Assembly: GCA_040954595.2 (NCBI GenBank) | Contig: CM082596.2 | Coordinates: 9,382,461-9,446,460 of the forward strand | Origin: Balanoglossus misakiensis | Taxonomy: Eukaryota; Animalia; Hemichordata | Length of the DNA stretch: 64,000 bases | Reading direction: 5' to 3' | Shown: one piece after another, positions 14,362 to 28,833 of the stretch | How the letters are laid out: every line of letters starts with the position of its first letter | Numbering within the stretch: the stretch's first letter is position 1 | The notes under the pieces: model-generated | Seen by the model: only the letters and a program-made list of their open reading frames with translations | Told to the model about the DNA's origin: nothing | Database searches by the model: none | Program-made: the position numbers and the translations under genes

Positions 14362-14470
14362 GTGGTAAGGCACCTGCCTATTTGACTGATCTTTTACATT
14401 TATATGTACCAGCTCGAGAACTGCGCTCGAGTGTTCAATTCTTTTTAACTCATCCTCATGCTAAATGCTA
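14362..14470 (+). mobile_element. Short L2/CR1-type LINE C-terminal fragment
   Basis: GKAPAYLTDLLHLYVPARELRSS resembles the conserved L2-group C-terminal motif, also seen in the element at 19731-20990. Confidence 0.6.
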
Positions 14471-17400
14471 AATGATAGCTCTGATCCTGCCCACCCAGCA
14501 CTCGTGTAAATCAAAACTTAAAGTGTTAAATTTTCCGCTCATGCAGTGATCGAAATGGCATGGCATTTGACCTTACCCCCTCCTGCTCCTCTCCCCTTCC
14601 TCCCACCATAGTTGTGTCTGGAGCCCTGATGGGGGATAGGTCTCATTTTATAGCACACAATAACCGGTAATGTTTTAGGTTGGGTTCACAGCAGAAGTAC
14701 TGACTCGGCCATAATCAAAACTATTGTTTTCCCTTACTGTGTTTTCTTCCTTTGAAAATAATAATCATTGGATCTGTAGAGACTGTTTATTTTCTTCTGT
14801 TTAAATCTGAGAAAGATGACTGTAAATTACCCCTTCCAACCTCATGCAGTTGTCTGTGGTATCTACATATGTACCTGGTATCTAAAAGTTTTAACAGCTT
14901 CAAAACACTTATGCCAACCAGACTGAAACTAATTTTACTTTCCGAACAATGTTCTTGTCACTGATTCTAATCTAATTACCAGATGGAATACTACACAAAT
15001 GGGGAGGTCATATAAGAAATCAGATACTGTGCATCTAACTGCACAAATACCATTATCCCTGACCACAACTGGGTATCATTGGCAAACATAATCATTTACA
15101 AGTACGTACTATGTAATGGAATACCAGCTGTATAATGGAACACTCAATCAACAAGAATATAGCTTTATGAAATGTGACCTTCACCTATTATTTTGAAAAA
15201 ATGCCTCCCCCACAATTGGTCCCCCCCCCCCATGCATTAGCTGAACACTCCCTTGGTTAGACATGGGTCTAGGTGCCAGTAGATTGCTGGATAAATTCAG
15301 AATGTGTGCAAAGAGACATGTACATCATCTGATCTGCTTGGCCTCTATATACTTGTATATGTTAACGTCCAAACAAACCGATCCTTGTAGGCCAATCAAA
15401 GCACACCGTGGGGTTAGATTGTAAGCAGTCTAACTGCACAAATTCATTTTGCAAGCAAGCCTGTTTTAATTTATACCGCATAACAAAATCCCTACCTTCA
15501 ATAGTTTCAAACCTGCGCACACATAAACAGTAGCTAAAAATAAACAGCATTCTGGTACATGAAAGCTCATTCAGTGCAATGATTCCATTGCTCATCTGAG
15601 CTTCAGAAAACTTTGGGTACAACACTGTCCACTAGCAGTGTTACATCTGAAAATAGAAAGTCGGTTTGTATTTACAAGACTCAAAACGTACTCCACTACT
15701 CAACTCCTATAGTAAAAAAATTGGCACACAAGCCAATTTGAGAAATCTCCAACACAATAAATGGGACAGTAACAGGAGTTGCATGAAAGCTTGGCCACTT
15801 ACAGAAAAATAACAGAACTTAATATCACATTATGGCCCCATGAGCTGCAACTCAATAAAAATTTGTCATGCTTTCGATCTCTCCTTGGAAAGGCTTTAAA
15901 TTCTGTCAGCTGGAAAGTAAATAAATATGAAGGTTTTTTTTTGTGAGTGAATTTTGTTAAAAAACTTGGATGTCCAGAAACTGCCTCCAATGTGTGTTCG
16001 TTTTTTTACCTGGCAGTGTGTTAAAAATTCACACTATCCAGATTTTCTAACATACCACTGTTTGACTTTCTGGAGGTATTAATAGCAATATGTGCATACT
16101 ACAGTAGTTATCTACTCTTGCAATAGACAGTTGAAGAAATGGGTGTGGCACCTTTTTATTCTTCATTGTACATACCGGTATTTACATAGCCACAATCAGA
16201 GTTTACTGATTTGTTTGTGTACACTGAACAAGTAAACTTAAACTTAATTGGACCATTCAAAAGTAAAATCATGAAATTTTTTTAAAATTAATACCAGATT
16301 CACACAGGGCAAAATTCTCAGTGTTTGAGAGACACTACTTGCTTATGGTAAATACAGAGGATTAATCCTTTGATTCGCCTCTTGTACACATACAACATTT
16401 ATGTATAGGCACTATGGCTTGGCCCCATAGACAATGGTTTGTTTAGAGGTATTAATCCTTACACCGGCGCAGGTCGTCAAAGCCGTCTCGAATCTGAGAC
16501 GTTTCAGCACCACTTGAACTGATAACAAATAATTATTTATGCAAGTATTTGATCTGAGACATTTTAGAAACGTATTAATGGTCCCTGTGTAACCCCCATA
16601 TAAAATTGTGCTTAATTAAATTGGCAGTTTAATCAGTAATGCCCTGACAGTGGATCTGACTATAGAGAAAATTTTCACGTATCATTGTCATGGATTTCTG
16701 GTGGAGTGACCATGAGATAGGCAATAGACCTGTTATGCATGAATGGATCACCAATTATGTATGAGGTGCATGTATATTTGATTTCAAGAAAAGAGTTTAA
16801 ATGAATTTTGGACATTCCATGCCATATCACACTGTTCACTGGCATGGACTAACAGAGTATGGGAGGGGGGGGGGCATTTCTTGAGCATAAATTGCACAAT
16901 CTAAAGGAGAGAGATGGGAAAAGATTCCTCCATACACCTGAAATTTTTTTTAAAAATAATTCTTTGCTTTGGCTAGATCATCAATGCATTGCATTTTGTT
17001 GCCATGCTATAGCAACCACCTGGCAATGGAAAATCACATACAACCACCTGTATATACATTTATGATCATTATATACAATTAATAGATGTTTGCTTCCCAA
17101 ATTTACAGACCAAACATTTCAATTTCTTAATTAAAAGCCAATAAATTCTGTACCTGCCAATAACCTCTGTTCCATTTCAATATCTACATGAATAAGAGCA
17201 TAAAAAAGGTTAACATTAGGTGAATCTTGAATTTGAAGGAAGATATTGAGATCTGGGAATGTATTGTATAGACTTCAAATGAGCAGAAGTCAGCCTCAAA
17301 GTTTTAAAAGATTTATTACACTGTCAAAGACTGAGTCCATAACAAAGAAATGTGGGCGGGGTTTCTTGAATGAGAGGGCTCTTGGCAAGTTTGGGGTGGG

Positions 17401-18683
17401 GCTATGGAATATCCTCCCGCTGTCTGAGGATGACAGTTTTGACAATGTTTTGGTTTGGTCCTTAACTACAAGAATAAATTTCATGTATCTTGTTTTGTAA
17501 ATAAAAGGATTGTTGCTAACCTCATCTGTTGGTGCCAACAGTTCTCTGAATCCTGACTAGAATTTCATGACATAAGAACAACAACTAAGTGGATACTACA
17601 AAACAACAACTGCACTGTGACTTCAAACAATCAATCAATCAAGCCTCTGTACACCTCTGAATAGTGAAACATTAAAAGGTAGGAGACAGCCAGCCAATAT
17701 GCATTGCATGGTTATTATATTCCGTAGCCTTATACATAAAATTTTGAGAAAACATACAATTCATTGTATACGTACTGGAACATGTTGTATGCTCTGAAAT
17801 CAACACAGAATGTCGGACCCCTGCCATTTCAAGGCGCATGATCAGGCCCAGTTACAGAGTTAATTTATCTAAAATCTCCACATGCAGTTTTAAATTTTAA
17901 TGGTTTGCCTTTTGCTAATAGAGCAGTGAAATTGATAACATAGAGATATCTACCATAGATGGCCACTGTTTGTCAATACCGGTACTAGTATCTTGTTTGA
18001 CTAAACTTTTGTTGCCCTTTCCTGATCAACTGGGCTATATTGCCAAAATGTTGGAGAATTTGTGTGCTTCTTTAACACAGGATCCCACGTGTACAGTGTG
18101 AGCACATTATGCAACTTCTGGATCTAAACCAGCCCCAAATATAATGTCATTGAAGCCCTAAGACTAGGAGCTGCCACTTGTTGCATTATTTTCATGATTT
18201 GACTTCCAACATAGATTGGTCCATCTAAAAAAGCTTACTGATAGGCATACATGATTATGTTACCGACGCCCGATTGTGGCTGTATGTTGCAATTTGAACA
18301 AGGGATATATTAAATAGGTGCCACACCTGTTAAATCAGCATCTATAAAAAGAGTTCACAACTATTATGGTACGCATCGCCAAGAGTTAATAAACAGAATC
18401 AAATGCAAATACAAGTAATGTGGATTAATGATGAAGATTTTATATAAAAGGTAGAAAATTTGATTTTTGGAAAAATGTGAAATTTGGCATTTCATGAGGC
18501 TTTCAGGGAATAGTAGTACCTGAAGACTGGTGTTGTCACCATTGTACATGCATTGACCAGCAGAATGTTGCTATAATTCCCAATGATTTGGCCAAAACTG
18601 GTTCCCTTTTAAATACTAGAAGGAAGGTACCAGTATGCATGTTCCTTGGTTGGTTAAATAGATTTTGATCAAAATTAAGGTAA

Positions 18684-19700
18684 GGGACCGTTCAGTTTTT
18701 ACGGCCGGGGGGGGGGGGGGGGGGCGGCAAAATCCAGGGGGGGGGGGTCACTTAAATTTTGAAGTCCACAAGGGGGGGGGGTCATCTGGTTTTTTTTAAA
18801 TGTTTAGGGGGGGGGGGTCACATACTTTTGCCACCGAACTTTTGCTTTTGAGTCCACAAAATTGCAGTTTCGCACCCTTTATTTTACAAAATTTTCTAAT
18901 GTAGGAAGGGGTCACCCCCTCCCACACCCACCCCCTATATTCTCCGCCACATTTCATTTGGGGCTGGTTTGTCTAGTGTACCAGGGCGGAGTGCTTGCCA
19001 CCCAAACCCCACCGATGATAATATTTAACAAAGTGAATACATAAAGGAGAATAATTGTTTAAACCATTTTGCATAACTAAGAGTTTCGCGCTGCATCTTC
19101 TATATACTAGAAATTTTATAAATGATGTCATGACAAGATAACGCCAAATCTTCTAACTTTGAGTGGAGTGGCCAAAAGTAAAATTGGTCCTCCCAAACAT
19201 TGAGATAATTTGCTTTTGAGTTCATTGAAATGCAACTTTGCGCTACATATTTTACAAAATTTTCTTATGTGGGAGGGGGACACCCCCTCCCACACCCACC
19301 CCCTCAATTCTTCGCCACATTGCATTTATTCACTGCTTTGTCTAGTGTACCAGGGAAGACTTCTTGCCACCCCACCCCCGATGCTTACTTTGACTGGAGT
19401 GGCAAAATTAAAATTTGTCCTCCCTAACATTGAGTTAATTTGCTTTTGAGTTCATTACATTGCAACTTTGAGCACCGTATTTTAAAAAAATTTCTTATGT
19501 TCTTTATTGCATACAGTGTACATAGGATCAGGACGGCGAATGTTTTGGGCGTGGGGGGGGGGGGTCATCATATTTTTGGGTCTGTCAAAGAGGGGGTCAT
19601 CATTTTTTGGTCCTGGCTGAAGGGGGGTCGGCCTGATTTTGAGAACCGATGACACAAACTTGCCGCCCCCCCCCCCCTGCCGTAAAAACTGAACGGTCCC
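18684..19700. mobile_element. PIF/Harbinger-type MITE with internal tandem subrepeats
   Basis: TIR GGGACCGTTCAGTTTTTACGGC at both ends, TAA target-site duplication (18681-18683, 19701-19703), ~200-bp internal repeats. Confidence 0.88.
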
Positions 19701-19730
19701 TAAGATGTGCCTCAAAGTCAGATTTTAAGA

Positions 19731-20990
19731 ATAATAATAATAATTTATTTATATAGCGTCAGTATCCACAAAAATGTGATCAATGACGCTTAAAGCAAAA
19801 ATACAATACAACAAATGGCTAAAAAACAGATTTAAAGAGTAAAGTTTTAACATTTGATTTAAAAACATAAGTCTGGTGCCTGGTGAATGTTGAGTGGAAG
19901 AATATTCCAAAGAATTGGAGCAGCAACAGTAAAAGCACGATCACCATAACTCCTGGTGCGTAATCGAACAGGGCAGAGTTTGAACTGATCAGCTGACCTT
20001 AAATTGCGACACGGAACATACAGATCAGTCATGTTAGAAAGATATATTGGACCAAGTTTATGAATGGATTTAAAAATGAGAACTAACATCTTAAAAACAA
20101 TACGCTCTGTAAAAGGTAGCCAGTGCAACTGATACAAAATTGGAGTGATGTGACAGGTGATTTTTGAACGAGTAACAATTCTAGCAGCAATATTCTGAAC
20201 GCGTTGAATACGGTTGATTGAATACTTCGGGAGCCCAAATAAAAGTGAATTACATGAATCAATTCGAGAAGTAATGAATGCATGAACTAATTGCTCTGTA
20301 GCAGATTGAGATACATATTTGCAATAAGTGCAATGCGACGTAAATGAAAAGTGGCAGAGCGGCAGATCTGTCCAATATGTGGCTTCATTGTCAGACAAGA
20401 GTCAAGGATCACTCCAAGGCTCTTAGCCTGACAATGGACGGGAATCAGAGAATCGCCAACACGAATTTCTGAAATCCCTCTAGCAGACAGATCACCCGAA
20501 GTACCAGAGAAAATAACAAATTCAGTCTTATCATCGTTTAAGCACAAGAAGTTTTCAGACATCCAAAACCTAACATCGGATATACAAAGTTCAAGATTTG
20601 AAACAGTTCTGGCTGCGTTGTCTTTACAAAATGACATATAAAGGGAAGAGTCATCTGCATAAAAACTATAAAGACAACCATGACTTTGAACTAATTCACC
20701 TAATGGAGACATGTACATATTGAAAAGTATGGGACCAAGAACTGATCCCTGTGGTACCCCAGTGTCGAGCGGATAGAAAGGTGATTGGGTGGAATTTACA
20801 AGTATACACTGACTACGATTGGAAAGGTATGACTTAAACCACGTGAGAACAGTATCTGAGAGACCAAAGCGGTCTCTTAAGCGATTGAGTAAAATGGTAT
20901 TGTTCACAGTGTCAAATGCTGCGGAAAGATCGAGTAATACCAAGAAAACCTCTCTTTTTTCATCAAGAGCAAGCAAAATGTCAGAAGAGT
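19731..20990 (-). mobile_element. 5'-truncated L2-clade LINE (reverse transcriptase)
   Basis: ORF 20287-21000 has LLDLSAAFDTV, GVPQGSVLGPILF, YADD, LNDDKTE; continues after a frameshift (ORF 19859-20398: HITPILYQLHWLP, YGDRAF..AAP.LWN.LP); 3' stem-loop AAGCGTC...GACGCT, AATAAA and (ATT)n tail at 19731-19792. Confidence 0.93.
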
Positions 20991-23419
20991 GAAACTCCAA
21001 AGGTTTAAATTTTCTGATGCCTCTAAGTCTGTGATGAGTCTATTTGGAATGAAAGACCAAAACATGTTCGTCTTCTTATTTGTCGTCGCTACTTTAATTC
21101 TTATTTACTTTAAATTTAAGTTGATACAGAGATTGGTTGCAAACAACATTCTCCAGAAGTCTTTGAATGCATCCCATTGTTATCAATTTTAATATTTAAA
21201 AAGTTATACAAATCGAGTTGATATACCAGTAATAGCAATTACCCCCCCCCCCCCATATTGGCTTTGAAACCGGGAGTGTATCTCCGCCCCTGACTAAGTT
21301 TCGGGGGCAGGGTAAAACCATACTTAACCCCCCCCCCCACCATGCACAAAATCCCCGCTTACCCCCCCCCCCCCACCCCCGCCAATGATCATATTTTACA
21401 CCAATAGGGATATGGATTTAAAGAATGGCGCAATCACTGTGAATAACTGAAGTATAAAAATCAAAGTTAACAGAAGCGCACATTTTGTTGTTTATGGAAC
21501 ATACAGTGTAATTGGCTGGGAGGCTTCACGTGTCAGTAATTTGACGCCAATCAAACTAATCTTTAACGAAAGTCGCTGATCGAAGAAAGTACATTTGTAG
21601 CAATATGTGTGACATGAATACAGTTGAATTCAATTTTTGGAACAATACTGAGAAAATTGTCAATCATAACAGATACTGGAGCTTTTACAATAATATTTGT
21701 TCACTTTATTTCTTGCTATTTCTCCCTTTTTATTATTTGCATTTAATCAGTAATCAATTTATTCAGCTATTTATTTTTATCATAAAACAATTGTGTCCAG
21801 AAAATATGTAACTTTGTCCCCGTACAAGAAATTGCTTCCTGCACCCCTGAAAAAGTGAAAATGTGCAAATCTAAGCAACAAAATATCATTAAGGAAATTC
21901 AACTTTTTGGTGCATTTAATCTCTTTTATTTAGTACTGTCTTTATGAAATTTCATTCTCTAGTGAGAGCAGCGCAGAGACACAGGAGAACAGAACTTTTG
22001 TCTCTCTTTTCGAGCGTCCACATCGCTTCATATATTGCTGTGGCGTTAAAGTCGGCTGTTACAATAACATTGATTGTGTAACAACGAACTACAAATCTCA
22101 CCAATATTCATAAGCTTGTCCATGCCATCGTCAATGAAAACGGCACTGGCATTCTGATTTGTAGATCATACGGCGGAGTTGGTATTCCCTGGAGAAAGTC
22201 GCTGTCGAGAATAGCCGATCTTGGTATTGGGAACATAGTCGAATAATGGATTTTGATAACAGCGGTATGCCATCGAAGCCTGCTCTGTAGAAATATGTTT
22301 TGTCGGGACTGCAAAATCTGCCCGACACAAGTCCGACATTTGGCCGTCGTGCATTACCATGATAAACGTGACAAGGCAAAGTTGTAAAAAACCGACTTTG
22401 TCATCTCAAAAAAAAACTGCCGGTGTACATGATGCAGAATTCCGGCATGCCAGTCGAAACTTTCCCGGTACCTTTTTGTTGATGGCGAATACCGTTTGCC
22501 ACACGAAATTTCGACGTGTCATTTGTGAAGTCACAACAGACCTGGCTGTATGATGCGACAATCTACGACAAGAATCACGTGGTTCTCAGTTGCATTTAAA
22601 TTTTTATTCGTAATCTGCTCTTTAAAAACTGTATATCATGTTCTGACAGACTTCACCTTTACCAGAAAATGCATTTAGTTAAATCGTATAGATTTTCGAA
22701 GTTCTAAGTATCAATCACAATTTCGGAAAAAAATGCATGGTTGTCTCTATACATGGTTTCTATATATCTACCCAGTGCCCGTCAGTAGCCAAAACCACTT
22801 AACTGTGCAACCCGGTCGGGCATTTATTTTCTATCAAACACAAACAAAAATCTATTCATGGATGCGTCAATGAAGCACGCCAAAACAGGATCCCAACCAA
22901 TCACAACGATGTACTATTTCTGGCCATGTTACACCGATGTTTTTACGTGATATGGCGGCAGATGTATGACCTGTCATACTGTCCCTACGTTCCAACAAGT
23001 CAGCTACTGACCGGAAAATTAATTTTTTGGTGAAAAAACATTTTATTGTTTATATTGTTTAACGTTAAAATTTTACTCTGTCTCCGGGCATGCAAGCCTT
23101 ACCCTATGTGCAGCGCAATATATTATTAGCATGCTTGTCGCACATCACCAATCAAGTAGGCCTAGGTTGGCATTATATGCAATAATTGAAGCATTGGTGG
23201 CCTAGTTGGGTGGCTAGATGGTGGGCCATCCAGCCACCTAACCAGCCCAACAAGGCTACAATTATTGCAGCTAGGCAGGCATGGAATGTAAGGCTAATTG
23301 AATTCAATTACTCAGAATGACTATCCTCGAATCGTATGGCACAACGCAATTCGCTGATCGCGGTTTCGGCGGTCAAATCATAGAAAGCTCGTACAGCAAT
23401 TTTGTAACCAATCCAATAA

Positions 23420-24258
23420 GGGACCGTTCAGTTTTTACGGCTGGGGGGGGGGGGGGGGGGGGTTGGCAAGTTTGTGTCATCGGTTTTCAAAAATCAGGCC
23501 AACCCCCCCCCCTTCTCCCAGGACCAAAAAAACGACGACCCCCACCCTTGACAGGCCTAACAATATGATGACCCCCCCCCTCTCCGAAAACATTCGCCGT
23601 CATGAACCTATGTATACTGTATGCAATAAAGGGAATGAGGCTCCTCAACACGTCAATTATAATTTTCTTAAAGTAATTGAAGTATATAATAGTATATCGT
23701 TGCAATAAAGAAATCTATGAATACATTAAAATGACAAGTCAATACAATAGTTGGTAGGATTGGTAAAACAAGAAAAGTGTCGGGGTTGGGCGTGGGAGGG
23801 GGTGTCCCCCTCCCACATAAGAAAATTATGTAAAATACGGTGCTCAAAGTTGCATTTTAATGAACTCAAAAGCAAATTAACTCAATGTTAGGGAGGAATT
23901 TTTTTTTAATTTTGCCACTCCACTCAAAGTAAGCATCGGGGATGGGGTGGCAAGAAGCCTGCCCTGGTACACTAGACAAACCAGCGAATAAATGCAATGT
24001 GGTGAAGAATGGAGGGGGTGTCCCCCTCCCACATAATAATTTTTTTTGTAAAATACGGTGATCAAAGTTGCATTTTAACGAACTCAAAGGCATATTAACT
24101 CAATGTTGGCGAGGACAAATTTTAATGTTGACACTCCACTCAAAGTAAGCATCGGTGGGGTGGGGTGGCAAGTAGTCTGCCCTGGTACACTAGACAAACC
24201 AGCCAATAAATGAAATGTGGCGAAGAATGAAGGGGGTGGGTTCGGGAGGGGGTGTCCC
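23420..24258. mobile_element. Second, inverted and truncated copy of the PIF/Harbinger-type MITE
   Basis: TAA plus the same TIR at 23420; the body is the reverse complement of the right part of 18684-19700; the other end is missing. Confidence 0.85.
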
Positions 24259-24683
24259 CAATCTGATTAAAATCAGATGTAGGGAACGGCGACGTGGTTT
24301 TTTTTATGCTGTCGCCTCACACTACATCTGACCAACTCTCACTGGAGCTCCCGTTGAAATCGACGGGATTTACTGGGCGAATAAACCAATCAGAAGGCGC
24401 CTTATAGCAAACGATAGGCATCCCACAATCACATGACCTAGCCCCTTGGGTTGTTACCATGGAGCCACCACAATCTGATTAAAATCAGATGTAGGGAACG
24501 GCGACTTGTTTTTTTATGCTGTCGCCTCACACTACATCTGACCAACTCTCAATGGAGATCCCGCTGAACTCTACGAGATTTACTGGGAATATAAACCAAT
24601 CAGAAGGCGCCTTATAGCAAATGATAGGCAACCCACAATCACATGACCTGGCCCCTTGCGGTTGTTACCATGGAGCTACCACA
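24259..24683. repeat. Tandem direct duplication, 212-bp unit x2
   Basis: CAATCTGATTAAAATCAGATGTAGGGAACGGCGAC begins at 24259 and 24471; the units are similar along their length. Confidence 0.9.
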
Positions 24684-25676
24684 GACATATATCCCGGGCG
24701 CGAGAGTCGAATCAGCGTGGGGAATGGTTTCGAGCCAGTTCAGCGTGACGACTGAACCTCTATATTCCACCGGTCAACGAAATGTATAAGACGTGACAAC
24801 AAGTCGCAGTAAAATTGTTAGACAATCGATTAAATTTGTGTAAGGCCGTCCCAGGGAGAGATTCTGTCGCCACGATCGTTTGTATACACCAGCAGAGTGT
24901 ACCGACCGACTGCACAGTGCACTGACTTGACTAGCTCTGCGTGCAGGTCTGTGTGTTCCCGGCGTTACATGGACGTTAGAAGAAGTTAAACGCATCATAT
25001 TTGGGGTCGGTTGAAGTAGTAAGGGAAAGGATTTTGCTTCGATAAAAACGAATTTCGACAGAAAAAGCTGCGGTCGGGCGTCCGGGTCCGGACCGCAGGC
25101 GCACCAGTTTTGTCTATGGGGCCTTATGCAGGGCTGTGGTGCGTCGGGAACACACAGACCTGAACGCGGAGCTATGACTTGACATTCCTTAGCCGAAGTT
25201 AGTGTTCTTTTTAAAAATCTGTCACATAAATTGTTTTGGGATACATGGCAGTGAAATTTGGTTTATTTTTTATAAACTTTTACATGAAGTACGTCATTTT
25301 CCCCGACTGGCAGCATGACTACGAGGGCGAACATGACGACTTGTTAGGAGAGCGCCAGGCTTATAAATTCCGGCAAACATTATTTGGGCGATACCATTTT
25401 GTGGTAGGTATCACTACACGCCAGTCATGCAAACATGCACTGACTGGCCTTCGGATTACTACTACGGTCTCACTTGTTGCAAAAATCGAACGGTTTTAGC
25501 CGGTAAACACAGATGGATTAACTCTTAAATCTATCCTGCGCCCAAACGCGCTCCAGTCGGTTTAGTCATTGTTTATGCAAAAGGAAACGCAAAATGTAGC
25601 AGAAGCTTCATATAACATAATATAGAATACACAAACAGACAGACAAATAAACAAGCAAACAAACAAACAAAAGTTA

Positions 25677-25932
25677 GGGACTGTTCAGATTTAACTTCCA
25701 GGGTGGGGCCGGAGGATTTTTTATTTTCCTGGTGATTGTTTTTTCCATAGACGTACCCCAGTAAATTGTGGAGGAAATCTGTTGTACCCCTTAAATTTCC
25801 TGGGGTTTTTCCATGGTCCCCCCAAAAGGATTGTGATTTTTATGTCTATTCCTCCCTAAATTGTTCTTGGAGAAAATGGGCGGTCCCTCCTGAAAATCCT
25901 CCGCCCCCCGGAAGTAAATCCCGAACAGTCCC
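25677..25932. mobile_element. Small PIF/Harbinger-type MITE
   Basis: Imperfect TIRs GGGACTGTTCAGATTTAACTTCC / GGAAGTAAATCCCGAACAGTCCC; TTA on the left only. Confidence 0.65.
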
Positions 25933-28781
25933 AGCTAGCACCCTTGCTTCACTGCCAGAGGAGCGACAGCATCAACAAAATGCAGATACACAAGAAATAA
26001 GCAGTATATTCCACAAGTGAAGAATCCCAGTTACAGACGTTACGAACAAACAAACTACCAACAACAAAGCTGGTCTCTGTCACCCATTCGCCTTTGCAAA
26101 GGCATCTGGGTAACCAAGACTACAACAAAGCAAGAAAAGGGTCAAGCGTCGTCAAAGAAAACGTAAAAAATCCAGCATGGGTGGTAAAAGTTATTGGTAT
26201 AAAACGAATAGGGCCTTCTAGAAATGACGTCTCAGACCCGCAAATGCCACCAGAACACAAAACTTATGTACAGTATAAGCCGGTTTTTGTATGGAGCAGC
26301 AATAATCTGCGGTTGGGCCGTCGTAGATTTTCGTTGGTGGTGAAAATAAAATAAAAAACGCGATCAAGGCTCAATTTTATTCCGGATCACATGCGGTTAC
26401 GGCCAGAAGAGAGCATCAAAGTCTTCAAATGACCATGTGGTGGCGCACTTTTTTCGATTGGCTGTATTTCAATTTGTCCGTGGTAAATTTAATTTTTGCA
26501 GGTGACTGGCACGGAAACTCTTAGCAAGGTTGAGGTAGGATGAAAAAATGCCCCATTGACTCATTTTGGCTATTTTAAAATATGCAGTTTCATGGGGATG
26601 GACTACTCGACTATCCCAGAGGGGTCTGGAAAATTTAGACTAGGGTGGACTTTTTACCAGGTGTCTCCGTAAAATAGACTTTTATTTCATATCCCAAAAA
26701 TGAGGTGGTGTTCTCACCTGCTTTTCCCCCGACGATTTTTTCATGTCTTCTTGAGATCAAAACACTACATGAAACACTACATATACATTTTGTGAGTTGT
26801 CTTTTTTCGTTTTATGTTGGCATTAATTCAATCAGAATTTTTAATTCCTGTATTGTAAAAAGCTTGGGTTTTATGTTTCAGTTGCAGAGTGCTTAAATTT
26901 GGACAATATGCTCGACTTGCGTGGCAATTCTGCAAATATATTTGAATTATTCTTTGGGATCCCCATCTATATTGTTTAATGCAATGAGTTGCGACCGTCA
27001 TTGGTTTGGACATGAGTTTGTTGTTTGCTGTTTGGTTGGTCATGGAGCAACAGTCATGGAGCAACACGTAACATTGCCTGGGGTGTTCAATTCTGTAAAT
27101 GGCATGAGATAGTTGCATGTACCCGAGTCTAGTGAAACATCGTTTTTGGCGATGTGGATTTCATTATTGCGTGACTGTGCGGTGGGTCTCGATTCGTTCC
27201 TGTCAGACAGCCCAACAAGGACATACGCTTGACGTGCCTTAAAGGTATACGGTAACCTATGCAAATTTAGCTACAGTTACCATGGCAAATTGAGATACAG
27301 CCAATCACAAATATTCAGGAGGTGGCACACGCGACAATAAGAGCGCCACCATTTGTTCTTTAGAACACTAGGATACGCAAGTTTAGCCATTTATGGACAT
27401 ATGCAAATTGGAGGTGATCGTGTATTAAGTTGTAGACTTTGTCCGACATCGTCCGGTCATCACGGCTGAAATACTCCCTTTGCGCATTGCTTATAGATAT
27501 TTTAGGTCGACCCCGGTGTAGTCTACTCCAATAGAAATGAAGAAAGTAAATATAAGATTACCGCCCGAAGTCTCAAACGTGAAAGCCATTTCAGTGGCAC
27601 TACAGTGGATAAACATTTAATCCGTGTATACTTCATGAAACTGAATCAGATAACTTTTATTCAAACCAAATAAATGAAACATATGAAGAGAGGCCTATCT
27701 TGATTAAACACATAAATCTGATATTTTATCATATTAGGTAACTCAATATTTTACACTTGACGTATTTTACCAATAACACAATGTTTCAGCGAACCCGTCA
27801 GGAGCAACTTTAGCAGAATACATTTCCTTGATTTACGTTACATGGTTTAATTCGAGAGACATTTCTCAATAAAATCAAAAGTCACAGTTCATATTTTTTA
27901 TAGAAACGGTCCAATTTGTCGAGTGCGCACTGACAAGACATGCATCGTGCATAGACCACTACGCGGATAGGGTATCTGCAATGCATGATGGTATAATTTG
28001 CGTTCAACATAGCGTCTACTGCATGGCTAACGCACGCGCTCAGAACGCAAACTATCCCACAACACCCTGTGTTATGCTATCCGCGAAGTGGTCCATGGCA
28101 GTGACAACAATTCCTATAGAGCAGTTAAGAAATAAACCGGCCGGCCGTAAATTCATTGGCTGTATTTTTTGTATTTATTTGATTTGAAAGGTCGCGTTTT
28201 CCCTGTTGCATGCGATTAGTTCAGGGCCAGTTTCAGCAGTGCTCTATTGAGTACTTTCGTATCGATGGATTGAGCTCTCGTCCAATCAGAATGGCGGATG
28301 GTAGCATGATCTGACATATTGCGTATTGCAATAGGCCTTCCCCAGATAGGTCAGAACGGAGAGGTCATTCCCCTCAGCTTCTTTGTCTTTTCTATTATTT
28401 TTTGACAAATGCGGATTGACGTTCCGTTTCTACATGGCCATGACTGATATTTATTTACGTTTCATAGCGTAAGCGCTTGCTATTCGTTTCGCAATTGTTT
28501 TCGTAGTACAAACAAATTGAAGAAGACAAAATATATTATCTATGTCCCTAATGAGATAATCGGTTACATAATCGCACTTCCAAAGAACGCCGTGACAGAG
28601 AATTCATCAGTTGGCGAGGCGCATTCTCCACCCGCACACAAACGTTGCACTGCATACTTTGACTAATTAGAATGCGAAAGCAAGATTCTGATTGAGTAGT
28701 AACTAATTTGCATAATTGACGAGCAGGTGCTGCCTCGTTCTCGTACCGCTGACCATTGCATTTGAAAAATCATTGCAGCTT

Positions 28782-28833
28782 CGACGTTCATCAAGCATGG
28801 AGGTCCCGGTCGCCTCCATGCTTGATGAAGTCG
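28782..28833. other. Long hairpin (17-bp perfect stem plus 4 bp after a bulge, 9-nt loop)
   Basis: TTCATCAAGCATGGAGG (28787-28803) pairs with CCTCCATGCTTGATGAA (28813-28829); CGAC/GTCG extends it; lies 8 nt before donor CTG|GTAAGC at 28841/28842. Confidence 0.85.

Larger units (their letters stand above)
15603..22284 (-). other. Candidate spliced minus-strand gene or pseudogene (exon candidates 22102-22284, 17154-17183, 15603-15646)
   Basis: AG/GT boundaries with pyrimidine tracts; all junctions are phase 1 and join in frame, but there is one in-frame TGA at 22166-22168; product not recognised. Confidence 0.3.

Noticed and set aside
21240-21385. Functional G-quadruplex from C-run clusters
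   Set aside because: Poly-C/G runs are common in repeats throughout this window; nothing specific supports a function.
27239-28200. Kolobok/TTAA-type MITE starting TTAAAGGTATAC
   Set aside because: I could not locate a matching right terminus, so the boundaries are unsupported.
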